DNA of 64,000 nucleotides from assembly GCA_964512985.1 (NCBI GenBank), contig CAZELI010000010.1, positions 2,945 through 66,944 on the forward strand, written 5' to 3'. Source of the DNA: an uncultured Gammaproteobacteria bacterium. Lineage in GTDB: Bacteria; Cyanobacteriota; Vampirovibrionia; LMEP-6097. Position numbers and translations under genes: made by a program. Below are positions 37,937-48,223 of the stretch, one piece after another. How positions within the stretch are numbered: position 1 is the first letter of the stretch; each line of letters opens with the position of its first letter. The notes beneath the pieces are model-generated. The model worked only from the letters and a program-made list of their open reading frames with translations. It did no database searches and was not told the origin of the DNA.

Positions 37937-38767
37937 TTAGAACGTTGTGAAGATGCTAGCCTGAACACCAAAATCCGGTGAAACAGAAGTAAGTCCGATA
38001 GGAACGCCAGCTCTGAACTGAACATCACCTATAGGGATGATTAAACCAGGAACTAATCTTAAGTCAGTACCGATACCACTGTTATAAACACTGTTACCTA
38101 ATAGACCGATAGATAGGCCTGCGCCATCACCAATACCCAACACAGCTTCATTATAGTAAACAAGTGAGTTCTGAACTTCACCAAGCTCAGGTACGTCGAA
38201 TCTATATGCAACGTCACCGAACCAAGTTAAGCAATCAGCTAACTTAAATGAATACTCTAAACCAGTCTGGAAGCCATAAGCATTCACACCTTGAACTGGT
38301 CTAAGTACGTTAGTTGATAATAAACTATTGTGAACGAAAGGGAAGTTTTGGTTAATGTAAGCAGTGATGTTTACATCATCTCCTTGAACTAATCCAGCTT
38401 CTAAAGTTAGGCCTAAATTATTAAACCCCAAAGCCGCAGACTCAGCCTCAACTCCACCAATAGCAGTCTCAGCTGTACCATGCGTTAAAGCACTGTTCAA
38501 ACCGATTCTAACTGGAATACCAATATCGAAACTTTGTCTAAAATCTACTCTTGGAAGATTCATTACACCAGTACGGAAATCACCAGGACCTCCACCGATA
38601 CTTGAGTGGTCACGGAACCAATCAAAACCAACAGTTAACTGTTGATTGTGATCATCGTCAGTATTAATATGTGCAGGTTGCACATTTAATGGCGCTAATG
38701 TAGCTGCTTGTGCAGTTGAAACACACATCGCTAGCAACATCGCTAAAAGTATTGTTTTTTTCATCAA
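37937..38767 (-). CDS. Outer-membrane beta-barrel protein (porin-like)
   Basis: Signal peptide (AQA cleavage site), alternating beta-strand pattern, C-terminal aromatic residue (IFTTF). Confidence 0.7.
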   Translation of the reverse strand: MMKKTILLAMLLAMCVSTAQAATLAPLNVQPAHINTDDDHNQQLTVGFDWFRDHSSIGGGPGDFRTGVMNLPRVDFRQSFDIGIPVRIGLNSALTHGTAETAIGGVEAESAALGFNNLGLTLEAGLVQGDDVNITAYINQNFPFVHNSLLSTNVLRPVQGVNAYGFQTGLEYSFKLADCLTWFGDVAYRFDVPELGEVQNSLVYYNEAVLGIGDGAGLSIGLLGNSVYNSGIGTDLRLVPGLIIPIGDVQFRAGVPIGLTSVSPDFGVQASIFTTF

Positions 38768-38959
38768 ATTTATCTCCTATTTTGTTTTCTCTTATTAAAG
38801 AAAGAACTGTGCCAATTAGTTAAAACTAACACCAGGGTATATGCTCTCATAAGATTAGCCTTTTGTACAATATGTACTTCACAAAATTAATTTTTAAAGA
38901 ACCATGTTCCTTGAATTATCGAAGTTAATTCTTAATTTATACGTAATTATCTTAAAGAA

Positions 38960-38993
38960 GTAACAGGAGCGTGCGAAGTCGGAATGTTACTAG
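38960..38993 (-). repeat. Family D 32-bp repeat, right copy flanking the OMP cassette
   Basis: GTAACAGGAGCGTGCGAAGTCGGAATGTTACTA, 14 nt upstream of the nagA-like ATG. Confidence 0.8.
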
Positions 38994-39007
38994 TATTATA
39001 AATTTAA

Positions 39008-39898
39008 ATGCTCGATCTACAAATCAACGGCTTTGCCACAGAAAACTTCTCGTGTAATTTCTGGGAAGCGCCAAATGATGAAAGCATCACAGCATTAAAC
39101 AAGTATCTTTATAAGGAAGATGTTAAACAATACTTAGCAACATTAATCACTGCAAGTTATGCAACTATAGAAACTAATCTTCAGCGTATTCAAGACTATG
39201 TTAATAAGCACGGCAAATCTTCAATTCTAGGAGTACATATGGAAGGCGGGCTAATCACCCGTATGGGAGTACACCCTCTAGAACATGCTTCCGCACTGCA
39301 ATACAAAGAAGCCAAAGCACTAGTTACTAAATTCCCTGGCTTAATTCGACTCTGGACTCTCTGCCCCAAGCTCGATCCTCAAGGGCAAGTCACACGTTTA
39401 TTACAAGATCATGACATCGTAGTTAGTTATGGTCATAGCAATGCTAGTTACCAAGAGGCTTATAGGGGATTTGAAGATTATGATGTACACCTTGTAACTC
39501 ATTGGGGTAATGCTATGTATGTAATGGAAGGGTTCAGGCAGAGGGATTGCCGCGAAGAAGACCTATCGCGCTTGGACACTGAAACTGACGGTGGTATTGG
39601 GCTTGCGGCTTATCAACACCCCGATGTTTATTGTATGGCGATCGCTGGCTCAGAAGCTGATGCTGACTTACATTTAGACCCTCGTCTTCTCAAGAAATTA
39701 TTCACCAAGAAGAAAAACAAAATGATCTTAGTAAGTGATATGGTTGTCAAAACCCCAAGGCCCAAGCCTGGTTGCGCTCTTCAAGGCGGCCTAGCAAGCT
39801 TAGCTAAACATACCAAGAATGCTATAGCAAGCGGAATCCCCGAAAGCGAAGTCAGAAAATCTTGTGAAGAAATCCCCAGATCAATTATTAATAATTAA
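39008..39898 (+). CDS. NagA-like amidohydrolase lacking the usual N-terminal ~50-80 aa
   Basis: LDLQINGF, GVHMEGGL, YGHSNASY and THWGNAM resemble N-acetylglucosamine-6-P deacetylase motifs. An in-frame TAA lies immediately upstream of the ATG. Confidence 0.55.
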   Translation: MLDLQINGFATENFSCNFWEAPNDESITALNKYLYKEDVKQYLATLITASYATIETNLQRIQDYVNKHGKSSILGVHMEGGLITRMGVHPLEHASALQYKEAKALVTKFPGLIRLWTLCPKLDPQGQVTRLLQDHDIVVSYGHSNASYQEAYRGFEDYDVHLVTHWGNAMYVMEGFRQRDCREEDLSRLDTETDGGIGLAAYQHPDVYCMAIAGSEADADLHLDPRLLKKLFTKKKNKMILVSDMVVKTPRPKPGCALQGGLASLAKHTKNAIASGIPESEVRKSCEEIPRSIINN

Positions 39899-40000
39899 GA
39901 TTAGGCTGGATTTCCCCTAATACAAACACTGTAGTCAGTCTAAATAAGCCAATTAATCTAACCTACTCCCTGTCGCCTAATAGGAGGGAACAATGTATTT

Positions 40001-40288
40001 ATGGACAGCATTAGCTTAAAGAACAAAGACCAAAAAGCAGTAGAAATGTTGACTAAGTTACTTAAGGCTGCCCGCCGTGCTCAACATGAAGGCAAGGACC
40101 AAGCTCTCTCCAAAATCATTGATAGAGCAGGTAAATTAAGTGATTATCTGAATGATAGTTTATACCAAGCACAATTAGCCCGCGGCATACCTGCAGATAT
40201 TTTTTATAAGAATTATTTATATCACCAACAACAAAGCCTAAATGCTAATGAGAAATTTATTAGAGTTGAAGGTGTGGTTGTAGAGTAG
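40001..40288 (+). CDS. Hypothetical small helical protein
   Basis: A 95-aa ORF with GGAGGG upstream. No recognised domain. Confidence 0.45.
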   Translation: MDSISLKNKDQKAVEMLTKLLKAARRAQHEGKDQALSKIIDRAGKLSDYLNDSLYQAQLARGIPADIFYKNYLYHQQQSLNANEKFIRVEGVVVE

Positions 40289-40314
40289 TTATTGATTTGA
40301 AACTTTGTTATATT

Positions 40315-40421
40315 GTCATCCTGAGGAGCAACCGTAGGTTGCGACGTAAGGATCCACTACCTAACGAGAAATCCATAAAAGTGGATCCTTACGGTCGGGC
40401 TTCGCCCTCCCTCAGGATGAC
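40315..40421 (-). repeat. Family A nested-palindrome repeat, copy 6
   Basis: Canonical ends and central stem, between convergent genes. Confidence 0.9.
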
Positions 40422-40457
40422 GAAATTGACACAGTTTAGAAGCGTTGATTTATAAAT

Positions 40458-40940
40458 TTACTGTCTATGCTTGCGCCCATCATCGTCACCGCTTTCATGC
40501 TGACAGTTAGCAAAAATCTGGAATTGCATATCGACGATTTCTACGCCGTATTTCTCGGCAATGCGCTTACCTAGCTCATTAACCATCTCATCTTCAAACT
40601 CAATAGTTTTATTACAGTTCAGGCAAATTATATGATGATGCGGCGGGGCGTCTGCGTCTATCAATTCATAATGTTTATGCGACTCAGCAAAGTCTAATTC
40701 GCGTAGGATATTCATCTTCACTAGCATTCGTAATGTTCTGTAAGTAGTAGCAAGTGAAACATCTTCATTCTTCTTCTGTAGGATCTCAAACACATCCTCT
40801 GCGCTTAGATGCTTATCCCCAGCCTCTTGGAAAATACGAATAACGATCTCACGTTGTGGCGTTACTCTATAACCTTGACTACGTAAGTTCTTGAGAAGCT
40901 CTTCTGTTTTATCCTCTAAGGTCATATCGCTTGGTCCCAT
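40458..40940 (-). CDS. fur: Fur-family metalloregulator
   Basis: RVTPQREIVIRIF...HLSAEDVFEIL...SLATTYRTLRML plus HHHIIC and CxxC motifs. The ATG is at 40940, and a TTG one codon upstream is also possible. Confidence 0.85.
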   Translation of the reverse strand: MGPSDMTLEDKTEELLKNLRSQGYRVTPQREIVIRIFQEAGDKHLSAEDVFEILQKKNEDVSLATTYRTLRMLVKMNILRELDFAESHKHYELIDADAPPHHHIICLNCNKTIEFEDEMVNELGKRIAEKYGVEIVDMQFQIFANCQHESGDDDGRKHRQ

Positions 40941-40949
40941 CAATTAGAT

Positions 40950-41058
40950 TTCCTTTGAAACTTGGAATTTTCCTTAAAGCGACACCGCGCGTTCCGCGCG
41001 GTCGCTATCTTTTTTCATAGACCTCTAATCGAAACCTAAGTTTCGAAAGAGGTCTATT
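40950..41058 (-). repeat. Family B structured leader element, copy 1 (5' of fur)
   Basis: Near-identical to 49331-49438. Hairpin 1 is at 41019-41055, and GC hairpin 2 (GCGAC-CGCGCG-gaa-CGCGCG-GTCGC) is at 40979-41005. It runs up to the fur RBS. Confidence 0.8.
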
Positions 41059-41074
41059 TCATTATAACAGCTTA

Positions 41075-42049
41075 TTAAGAATGATTCTCAATAAACAATT
41101 CAAGTCCCTGCATACACTTCGCATAGCCTTCTACTAGATTAGAACAATGTTTAGGTCTATTAGTAGCACTAGGATTACAACTACAATCCCCAGAACGCAA
41201 GACCTCGGCATAAGGGCTAAAGGGCCCGAAGCGCTTCTCAGAGGTAATAGAGAAAAGAGCAGTAATAGGAACTCCTACTGCTGCGCCTATATGCAAGATC
41301 CCAGTATCAGCAGAATATAAATGTTTCGCTTTGGATAAAATACTCACTAATTCTACAAGTGAAGTTTTACCAATTAAATTTAAGACTCGTCCATTACATT
41401 GCGCTACGGCATCTAAGGTCTGGCTAATATTAATTTCATCAGGTCCACCCAAAAGAACAATATTGTTATCCGTATTACTTAATTGCTTAGTTATAAGGTC
41501 AATCCATTTATCTAAGGGGTAAGCACGATGGGGTCTTAAGCTACCGACTCCTGGAACAACACAAACATAAGGGATGCCAATGGGAACAAGGTTTTTACTT
41601 ATCGGCGTTAGGGTCTTCCATGCTAAAAGAGAAAAGGGATCACTAAGTAATTGTTGCTTTATACCTTGATAATAACTAATAACATAATTAGCCACTGCAC
41701 TTAAACTATCATCACGTTTATAAATACTAGTTTTAGCTGCCTTAATAAATCTAAGATTTAACCACCAAGCCTTAAGCCAACCAGAGTGCAGGAATATAAA
41801 CTCATCAACCCTTGTTGAACCTATATGAGACATTACCGGGGCTAGGTTGTTTTTAGTAACTAAATGAACCTTATCTATATAGTCAGTACACTTTTCTAAT
41901 AAATCTACTAATTGTTGAGAACCCACTATATATTCAATCTGTGCCTCAGAATTATTCTTACGTAATAACTTCACAAAGGGTAATGTATGTACTACATCAC
42001 CAATGGCACCAACCCTATAAATTATTATTCTTTGTTTGGTAGAACTCAT
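41075..42049 (-). CDS. Glycosyltransferase family 9 (heptosyltransferase-like)
   Basis: N-terminal IIIYRVGAIGDVVHTLP and C-terminal DTGILHIGAAVGVP are GT9 signatures. Confidence 0.8.
   Translation of the reverse strand: MSSTKQRIIIYRVGAIGDVVHTLPFVKLLRKNNSEAQIEYIVGSQQLVDLLEKCTDYIDKVHLVTKNNLAPVMSHIGSTRVDEFIFLHSGWLKAWWLNLRFIKAAKTSIYKRDDSLSAVANYVISYYQGIKQQLLSDPFSLLAWKTLTPISKNLVPIGIPYVCVVPGVGSLRPHRAYPLDKWIDLITKQLSNTDNNIVLLGGPDEINISQTLDAVAQCNGRVLNLIGKTSLVELVSILSKAKHLYSADTGILHIGAAVGVPITALFSITSEKRFGPFSPYAEVLRSGDCSCNPSATNRPKHCSNLVEGYAKCMQGLELFIENHS
41076..41090. promoter_or_regulatory. Fur-box-like site upstream of fur (putative autoregulation)
   Basis: TAAGAATGATTCTCA is identical to the 15-mer at 55436-55450. 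On the minus strand it is followed 9 nt later by TATAAT. Overlaps the stop of the GT9 gene. Confidence 0.5.
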
Positions 42050-42096
42050 CTAAGAAACTATATTTTAGCAATACGCGTCTAATACTAAGGCGTACT

Positions 42097-42819
42097 ATGC
42101 ATAGATTAACACTATTATTTCTTTTATTTACAAGTCAAGCCGCTCAAGCTGCGCCAGGACTATCCCTAAATCTTGGAGAAGATTCACGTGGTGTAGCAGT
42201 AGGAGTACAATTATTAGTCTTACTTACCATCCTGAGTATCGCTCCCTCTATATTGCTGATGACGACTAGTTTTGTAAGATTTATTGTTGTCTTTGGGATG
42301 TTGCGTACAGCGATTGGTCTGGGTCAATTACCACCAACCCAGGTCCTTGTCGGGCTTTCATTGATTCTTACTTTTATGGTGATGCAACCTACTTTTAATC
42401 GTATTAATACCGAAGCTCTACAACCATTTATGAACCAACAGATAGATGAGAAAGAATTCTTCGCTAAATCCTTTGATCCACTAAAAGAATTCATGCTTAA
42501 GCAAACCTCGGAACCTGAGCTAAGGTTAGCTGTGAAAACCGCAGATATAGAGCAACCTGAAAGTATCCTAGATATCCCTACTCATATAATTATTGTAGCT
42601 TTCATGCTTAGTGAGCTTAAGAAGTCCTTCCAGATTGGGTTTATGATTTTCTTGCCCTTTATTATTATCGATATGATTGTGGCAAGTGCCTTAGTCTCTG
42701 TGGGATTAATGTTCTTACCACCGACTACCATTGCTCTACCTTTCAAGGTGATACTCTTTGTTCTCATAGATGGTTGGGCGGTACTCAGTGACGGGTTAGT
42801 ACAGGGATTTGTTAAATAA
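42097..42819 (+). CDS. fliP: Flagellar export gate protein FliP
   Basis: TSFVRFIVVFGMLRTAIGL...PPTQVLVGLSLILTFMVMQP. Confidence 0.9.
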   Translation: MHRLTLLFLLFTSQAAQAAPGLSLNLGEDSRGVAVGVQLLVLLTILSIAPSILLMTTSFVRFIVVFGMLRTAIGLGQLPPTQVLVGLSLILTFMVMQPTFNRINTEALQPFMNQQIDEKEFFAKSFDPLKEFMLKQTSEPELRLAVKTADIEQPESILDIPTHIIIVAFMLSELKKSFQIGFMIFLPFIIIDMIVASALVSVGLMFLPPTTIALPFKVILFVLIDGWAVLSDGLVQGFVK

Positions 42820-43103
42820 TGGACCAAGCGCAGTTTATAGATATCTCTAATCAAGCGTTAATAGCCACTGCTATAGTTTCTATTCCGATACTTATACCTG
42901 CTCTAATCGGTGGTATCCTGATAAGTCTCTTCCAGACTGTAACTCAGATCAATGAACAGACTTTAACCTTTGTACCGAAGCTTATAATACTTATCGTTAG
43001 TTATGCCTTCGCTGGTCCTTGGATAGTACGTTTCATGATGAACTACACCATGGAGATCTTAGAAAAAATTCCCGAATTAAGTATTAGTCCGCAGGTGATA
43101 TAA
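42819..43103 (+). CDS. fliQ: Flagellar export gate protein FliQ
   Basis: A 94-aa two-TM protein (LISLFQTVTQINEQTLTFVPK). TAATG overlap with fliP. Confidence 0.85.
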   Translation: MDQAQFIDISNQALIATAIVSIPILIPALIGGILISLFQTVTQINEQTLTFVPKLIILIVSYAFAGPWIVRFMMNYTMEILEKIPELSISPQVI

Positions 43104-43153
43104 AGTTAAAAATAGCTCTAACAATTTACTCTCAAGCTAGAAGTCGGGTTACC

Positions 43154-44560
43154 TTACAAAATATCTTCAAGACTAAGTATTTGATTAAAGTACTCAGTAT
43201 CTTGAAGAGACTTATCAGCACCATATAAAGAAATTAAGATTTTGTCTACCGTAAAACCTTTGGGCTTCTCTAATAGAGCGAGTTTCCGTTCAAATTCAGG
43301 AATAATTTTTGAGTTAATTTTTTTATCCTGATATTTTACTTCACAAACACCTAGAACTTTATCCGATCTCTTATAAATCAAATCTATTTGAAATTTAGAA
43401 TCTTTCTTGTTATAAAAAGGAGCTACTTGTATTATTTCATCAGCAAAATTCATTTTATTAGCTAAATAGTATGCATTTTTAAGAGCAAATCTTTCAAAAG
43501 CAAAGCCCAACCAAGGTTGCCAAACCTTCTCTACTAGAGAATCAAAAAGGTTTTTGGAATTTATATTATCCCTTATATGCTCTAAATTAGGCTCTATAAA
43601 TTTATAATAGAAAATCAAATATTCATCAGCCAGTTTATACTTACGAAACTTGGAGGAAGCAGTCATATTATAAGAGATATAACTCTTAATAATTTCTGCT
43701 TTCTCTAAATTAGATAAATATAACTTCAAACCACCACCAGAGACAATATCTAATTTTTGAGATATTTCATTAAAAGTATAAGCTTGATTTTTGAGTAATT
43801 TTACGATACGAATATAGTTTTTAGTTTCTTTAAATTGATTATAAAAAATTTTATCTGCTTCATTAAATAGAAACCCAGCAGGATCAAAACATAAAGAATT
43901 GATGTTTTGTTTAAAAGATTTATTTAAATCAATTTCTTCCAAATACTTGGGAATACCACCAAGTATCATAAGATAAAGTAAAATCTCTTCTTTACTACGT
44001 TTACCCTTAAAGAATTTTGCCGCAGTGGTAGGGTCTAATTGTTTGAGTAAGATTTGAGAATTTATTCTTCCGTATAAGGCCTTAGAATTAATGACTTTAT
44101 TGATCATAAATGAAGCTACGGAACCACATAGAATCAACATTAAATCTTGCTTTGACCAATACCTGTCCCAATAAGATTTAAGCAAGCTTACTATTCTACT
44201 GTGACCCGTAGCTATCCATTGAAACTCATCCAAGAAAAGAATTTTTCTACCAGGTTTTGAAAAAACTCGCTGTGTCAAAAAATCAAAAACTTCAGACCAA
44301 GATTTGAATTTAGTTTGTTTTAAAAATGGATCATTGAGTTGAATACTCATTTCTTTGATAAACTCTTCTATTTGAGTCGAGACTATTTCATTTTCAAGTC
44401 CTTCAAATCTATAACTTAGTTTTTTTGATTTTAAGAACTCTTCAACTAGGGCGCTTTTACCAACTCGTCGCCTTCCATATATAACTATTAATTCGCCTTT
44501 CTTAGAGCGATATTTCTCTTCTAGCAGTTTTAATTCTTCTTCCCTTCCAAAAAATTTCAT
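43154..44560 (-). CDS. AAA+ ATPase with C-terminal DUF234-like region
   Basis: FFGREEELKLL, Walker A GRRRVGKS, Walker B FLDEFQ. Confidence 0.75.
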   Translation of the reverse strand: MKFFGREEELKLLEEKYRSKKGELIVIYGRRRVGKSALVEEFLKSKKLSYRFEGLENEIVSTQIEEFIKEMSIQLNDPFLKQTKFKSWSEVFDFLTQRVFSKPGRKILFLDEFQWIATGHSRIVSLLKSYWDRYWSKQDLMLILCGSVASFMINKVINSKALYGRINSQILLKQLDPTTAAKFFKGKRSKEEILLYLMILGGIPKYLEEIDLNKSFKQNINSLCFDPAGFLFNEADKIFYNQFKETKNYIRIVKLLKNQAYTFNEISQKLDIVSGGGLKLYLSNLEKAEIIKSYISYNMTASSKFRKYKLADEYLIFYYKFIEPNLEHIRDNINSKNLFDSLVEKVWQPWLGFAFERFALKNAYYLANKMNFADEIIQVAPFYNKKDSKFQIDLIYKRSDKVLGVCEVKYQDKKINSKIIPEFERKLALLEKPKGFTVDKILISLYGADKSLQDTEYFNQILSLEDIL

Positions 44561-44706
44561 ATAGAATCCGCAAACAGAAATATTATAGAACTCTTTGCGG
44601 ATTATGTCAAAATTTCATATGGAATCCGCAAACAGAAATATTATAGAACTCTTTGCGGATTATGCCAAAATCTCACAAAGAATCCGCAAATGGAAATATT
44701 ACAAGG
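44551..44706. repeat. 58-bp tandem repeat (2 near-identical units plus 1 diverged partial) covering the ATPase start and promoter
   Basis: Units at 44551-44608 and 44609-44666 differ at 2 positions, with a partial unit at 44667-44706. Each has AATCCGCAAA...TTTGCGGATT arms around a TATAAT (minus strand). Unit 1 contains the ATG. Confidence 0.85.
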
Positions 44707-44715
44707 TTTATAGGC

Positions 44716-46152
<1,437 letters not shown>

Positions 46153-46259
46153 TTAACCATTCAACTAAAACCCTTATAAACACTGGGTTTCAGAATAAGT
46201 TCTCAGGGGACTTTTGACCCCTTTCATTTCACTAAGTAGTTTGTTAAAACTATAACCAC

Positions 46260-47897
46260 ATGTACACTAAAACATATTCAGCCACGCTTGAGGGCATTAA
46301 CGCACAGATCATCGGCATAGAAATAGACGCTAGCGATGGGGTTCCAGGATTTAGCATTGTCGGGCTTGCTGGCAAGTCTATTAACGAAGCGAAGGACAGG
46401 GTTAGCATCGCACTTAAGAGCTGTGACTTTGATCTAGAACCTAAGAAGATCCTCGTAAATCTTTCTCCAGCACATATACGTAAGGAAGGAACTCACTTTG
46501 ATCTAAGTATTGCTGCGACATTAATGGTGAACTATGGTTGCATAGAAGCCAAACCCAATCTATTAGAAGAATTCTGTTTCTTTGGAGAACTATCACTCAC
46601 TGGAGAGATCAAACCCGTATTAGGATTATTACCCCTAGCACTTGAAGCCCAGAATCAAAACATTCGCTACATCATAGTCCCCAAGCGCAACTCTAAGGAA
46701 GCAAGCCTAGTGAGCTTAGCATCTAGCTTTAAATCAGAGATCTATGCCATAAATAATCTGAATGAAATGCAGGCTCTGATAGAAGCCTTATCCAGTTTAC
46801 TTGATAGCAGTATAAGTCCTGACTTACAAGCTGCCAAACAAGAATTAGTAAACGAATATCGCGTAGCTAAGCTAGATAGCCGTAGCATAATCCAGCATCA
46901 TAATAAGAAAGAATCTAAATTAAACCTAGATGATGTCATAGGTCAAACTATCGCTAAACGCGGTCTAGAAATCGCAGCAGCAGGAAACCATCATCTATTA
47001 ATGATAGGACCTCCTGGTTGCGGCAAGTCCATGCTAGCGCATCGTTTCAGAGAATTATTACCAGTATTAAGTTTTGATCAAGCATTAGAAGTAACGAAGA
47101 TTTACAGCATCAGTGGATTATTAGAAGACCAGCTCATTCTTTCTCCTCCACTTAGAGCCCCTCACCATAGTGCTAGTAATGCAGCACTAGTGGGAGGCGG
47201 CTCTTCTATTAAACCAGGTGAAGTAAGCCTTGCGCATAATGGGATATTGTTTCTAGATGAACTTACAGAGTTTAATCGTCACACCATAGAACAGCTTAGG
47301 CAAATCCTTGAAGAGAAAGCCATCACTATTAATCGCATTAGACAGACTCTAAGATTCCCAGCTAATTTTATTATGATCGCTGCTTGTAACCCTTGTCCCT
47401 GCGGCTATCTAGGAGATACTGTTAAAACTTGCTCTTGTCTTCCAGGACAAATCGCCAGCTACCTTGGTAAACTTTCAGGACCTTTATTAGACCGTATAGA
47501 CTTACATATAGAACTAGCCCGCTTGAACCAAGACGAGATCAAAGTTCTTACTCGCCAGCATTCATCTACTTCTAAGAAGAAAACTAAATCCGAGAATATT
47601 ACTGCAACTCTGGAGAAGCCTTTCAATGAAACACTTACAGAAACCATTAAACACAATGTCATACAAGCACGCCTCTTTTCTGAAACAGAAGCACAAGGAT
47701 ATACCTTAGGTAAGGAAGAATTAGAGTTTATGGACCATGCTGTATTTAATCTAGAACTCTCCGCTCGCTCTCACCAGAAAGTTCTACGGATCTCCCGCAC
47801 TATCGCTAACCTCGCCGCTTCCCCCCATATCAAACTTGAACACCTTGCAGAAGCGATGCAGTTTAGGAGTGTGGATTGGGAGAAGTATAGAAAGTGA
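46260..47897 (+). CDS. comM: Mg-chelatase-like ATPase YifB/ComM
   Basis: Lon-like N-domain, Walker A GPPGCGKS, LFLDEL, and a C-terminal ChlI-like region. Confidence 0.9.
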   Translation: MYTKTYSATLEGINAQIIGIEIDASDGVPGFSIVGLAGKSINEAKDRVSIALKSCDFDLEPKKILVNLSPAHIRKEGTHFDLSIAATLMVNYGCIEAKPNLLEEFCFFGELSLTGEIKPVLGLLPLALEAQNQNIRYIIVPKRNSKEASLVSLASSFKSEIYAINNLNEMQALIEALSSLLDSSISPDLQAAKQELVNEYRVAKLDSRSIIQHHNKKESKLNLDDVIGQTIAKRGLEIAAAGNHHLLMIGPPGCGKSMLAHRFRELLPVLSFDQALEVTKIYSISGLLEDQLILSPPLRAPHHSASNAALVGGGSSIKPGEVSLAHNGILFLDELTEFNRHTIEQLRQILEEKAITINRIRQTLRFPANFIMIAACNPCPCGYLGDTVKTCSCLPGQIASYLGKLSGPLLDRIDLHIELARLNQDEIKVLTRQHSSTSKKKTKSENITATLEKPFNETLTETIKHNVIQARLFSETEAQGYTLGKEELEFMDHAVFNLELSARSHQKVLRISRTIANLAASPHIKLEHLAEAMQFRSVDWEKYRK

Positions 47898-48223
47898 ATT
47901 TAGATGAGACTGAATTACCAGAAAATATGTTTGAGGCTCGATGTCCATTAAACTGTACTATTCATACTAGTACTTGGCATTGGTTTACAATCCGTGAAAA
48001 ACATTCTGATCATGATTTTACTGTAGAGGATATAGAGAAATGTATTGCTGATCCTGATATAATAGTTAAAAGCCTACAAGATGATAATGTTTTTCTTTGC
48101 TACAAAATTCATGATAAACATCTTCTTGTTAGCGTATGTAAAAAACTAAATGGTAAGGGATTTTTAATAACAGCTTACTTAACTGACAAAATAAAAAAAG
48201 GGGAAATCCTATGGCAAAATTAA
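47894..48223 (+). CDS. Small toxin-like protein (possibly DUF4258-type)
   Basis: A 109-aa ORF. Its GTG start overlaps the comM stop (GTGA). The C-terminal LITAYLTDKIKKGEILW pattern is typical of small toxin-like partners of DUF2283. Confidence 0.4.
   Translation: MNLDETELPENMFEARCPLNCTIHTSTWHWFTIREKHSDHDFTVEDIEKCIADPDIIVKSLQDDNVFLCYKIHDKHLLVSVCKKLNGKGFLITAYLTDKIKKGEILWQN

Noticed and set aside
37837-38993. Composite transposon or classical invertible promoter switch
   Set aside because: No transposase or invertase gene is present in the window. The bracketed segment holds a whole gene with its terminator, not just a promoter. It is retained only as a low-probability hypothesis in the findings.
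44551-44706. 58-bp tandem repeat as a mini-CRISPR or minisatellite locus
   Set aside because: The units are contiguous with no spacers, and they contain the promoter and start codon of the adjacent gene. This is a local duplication.
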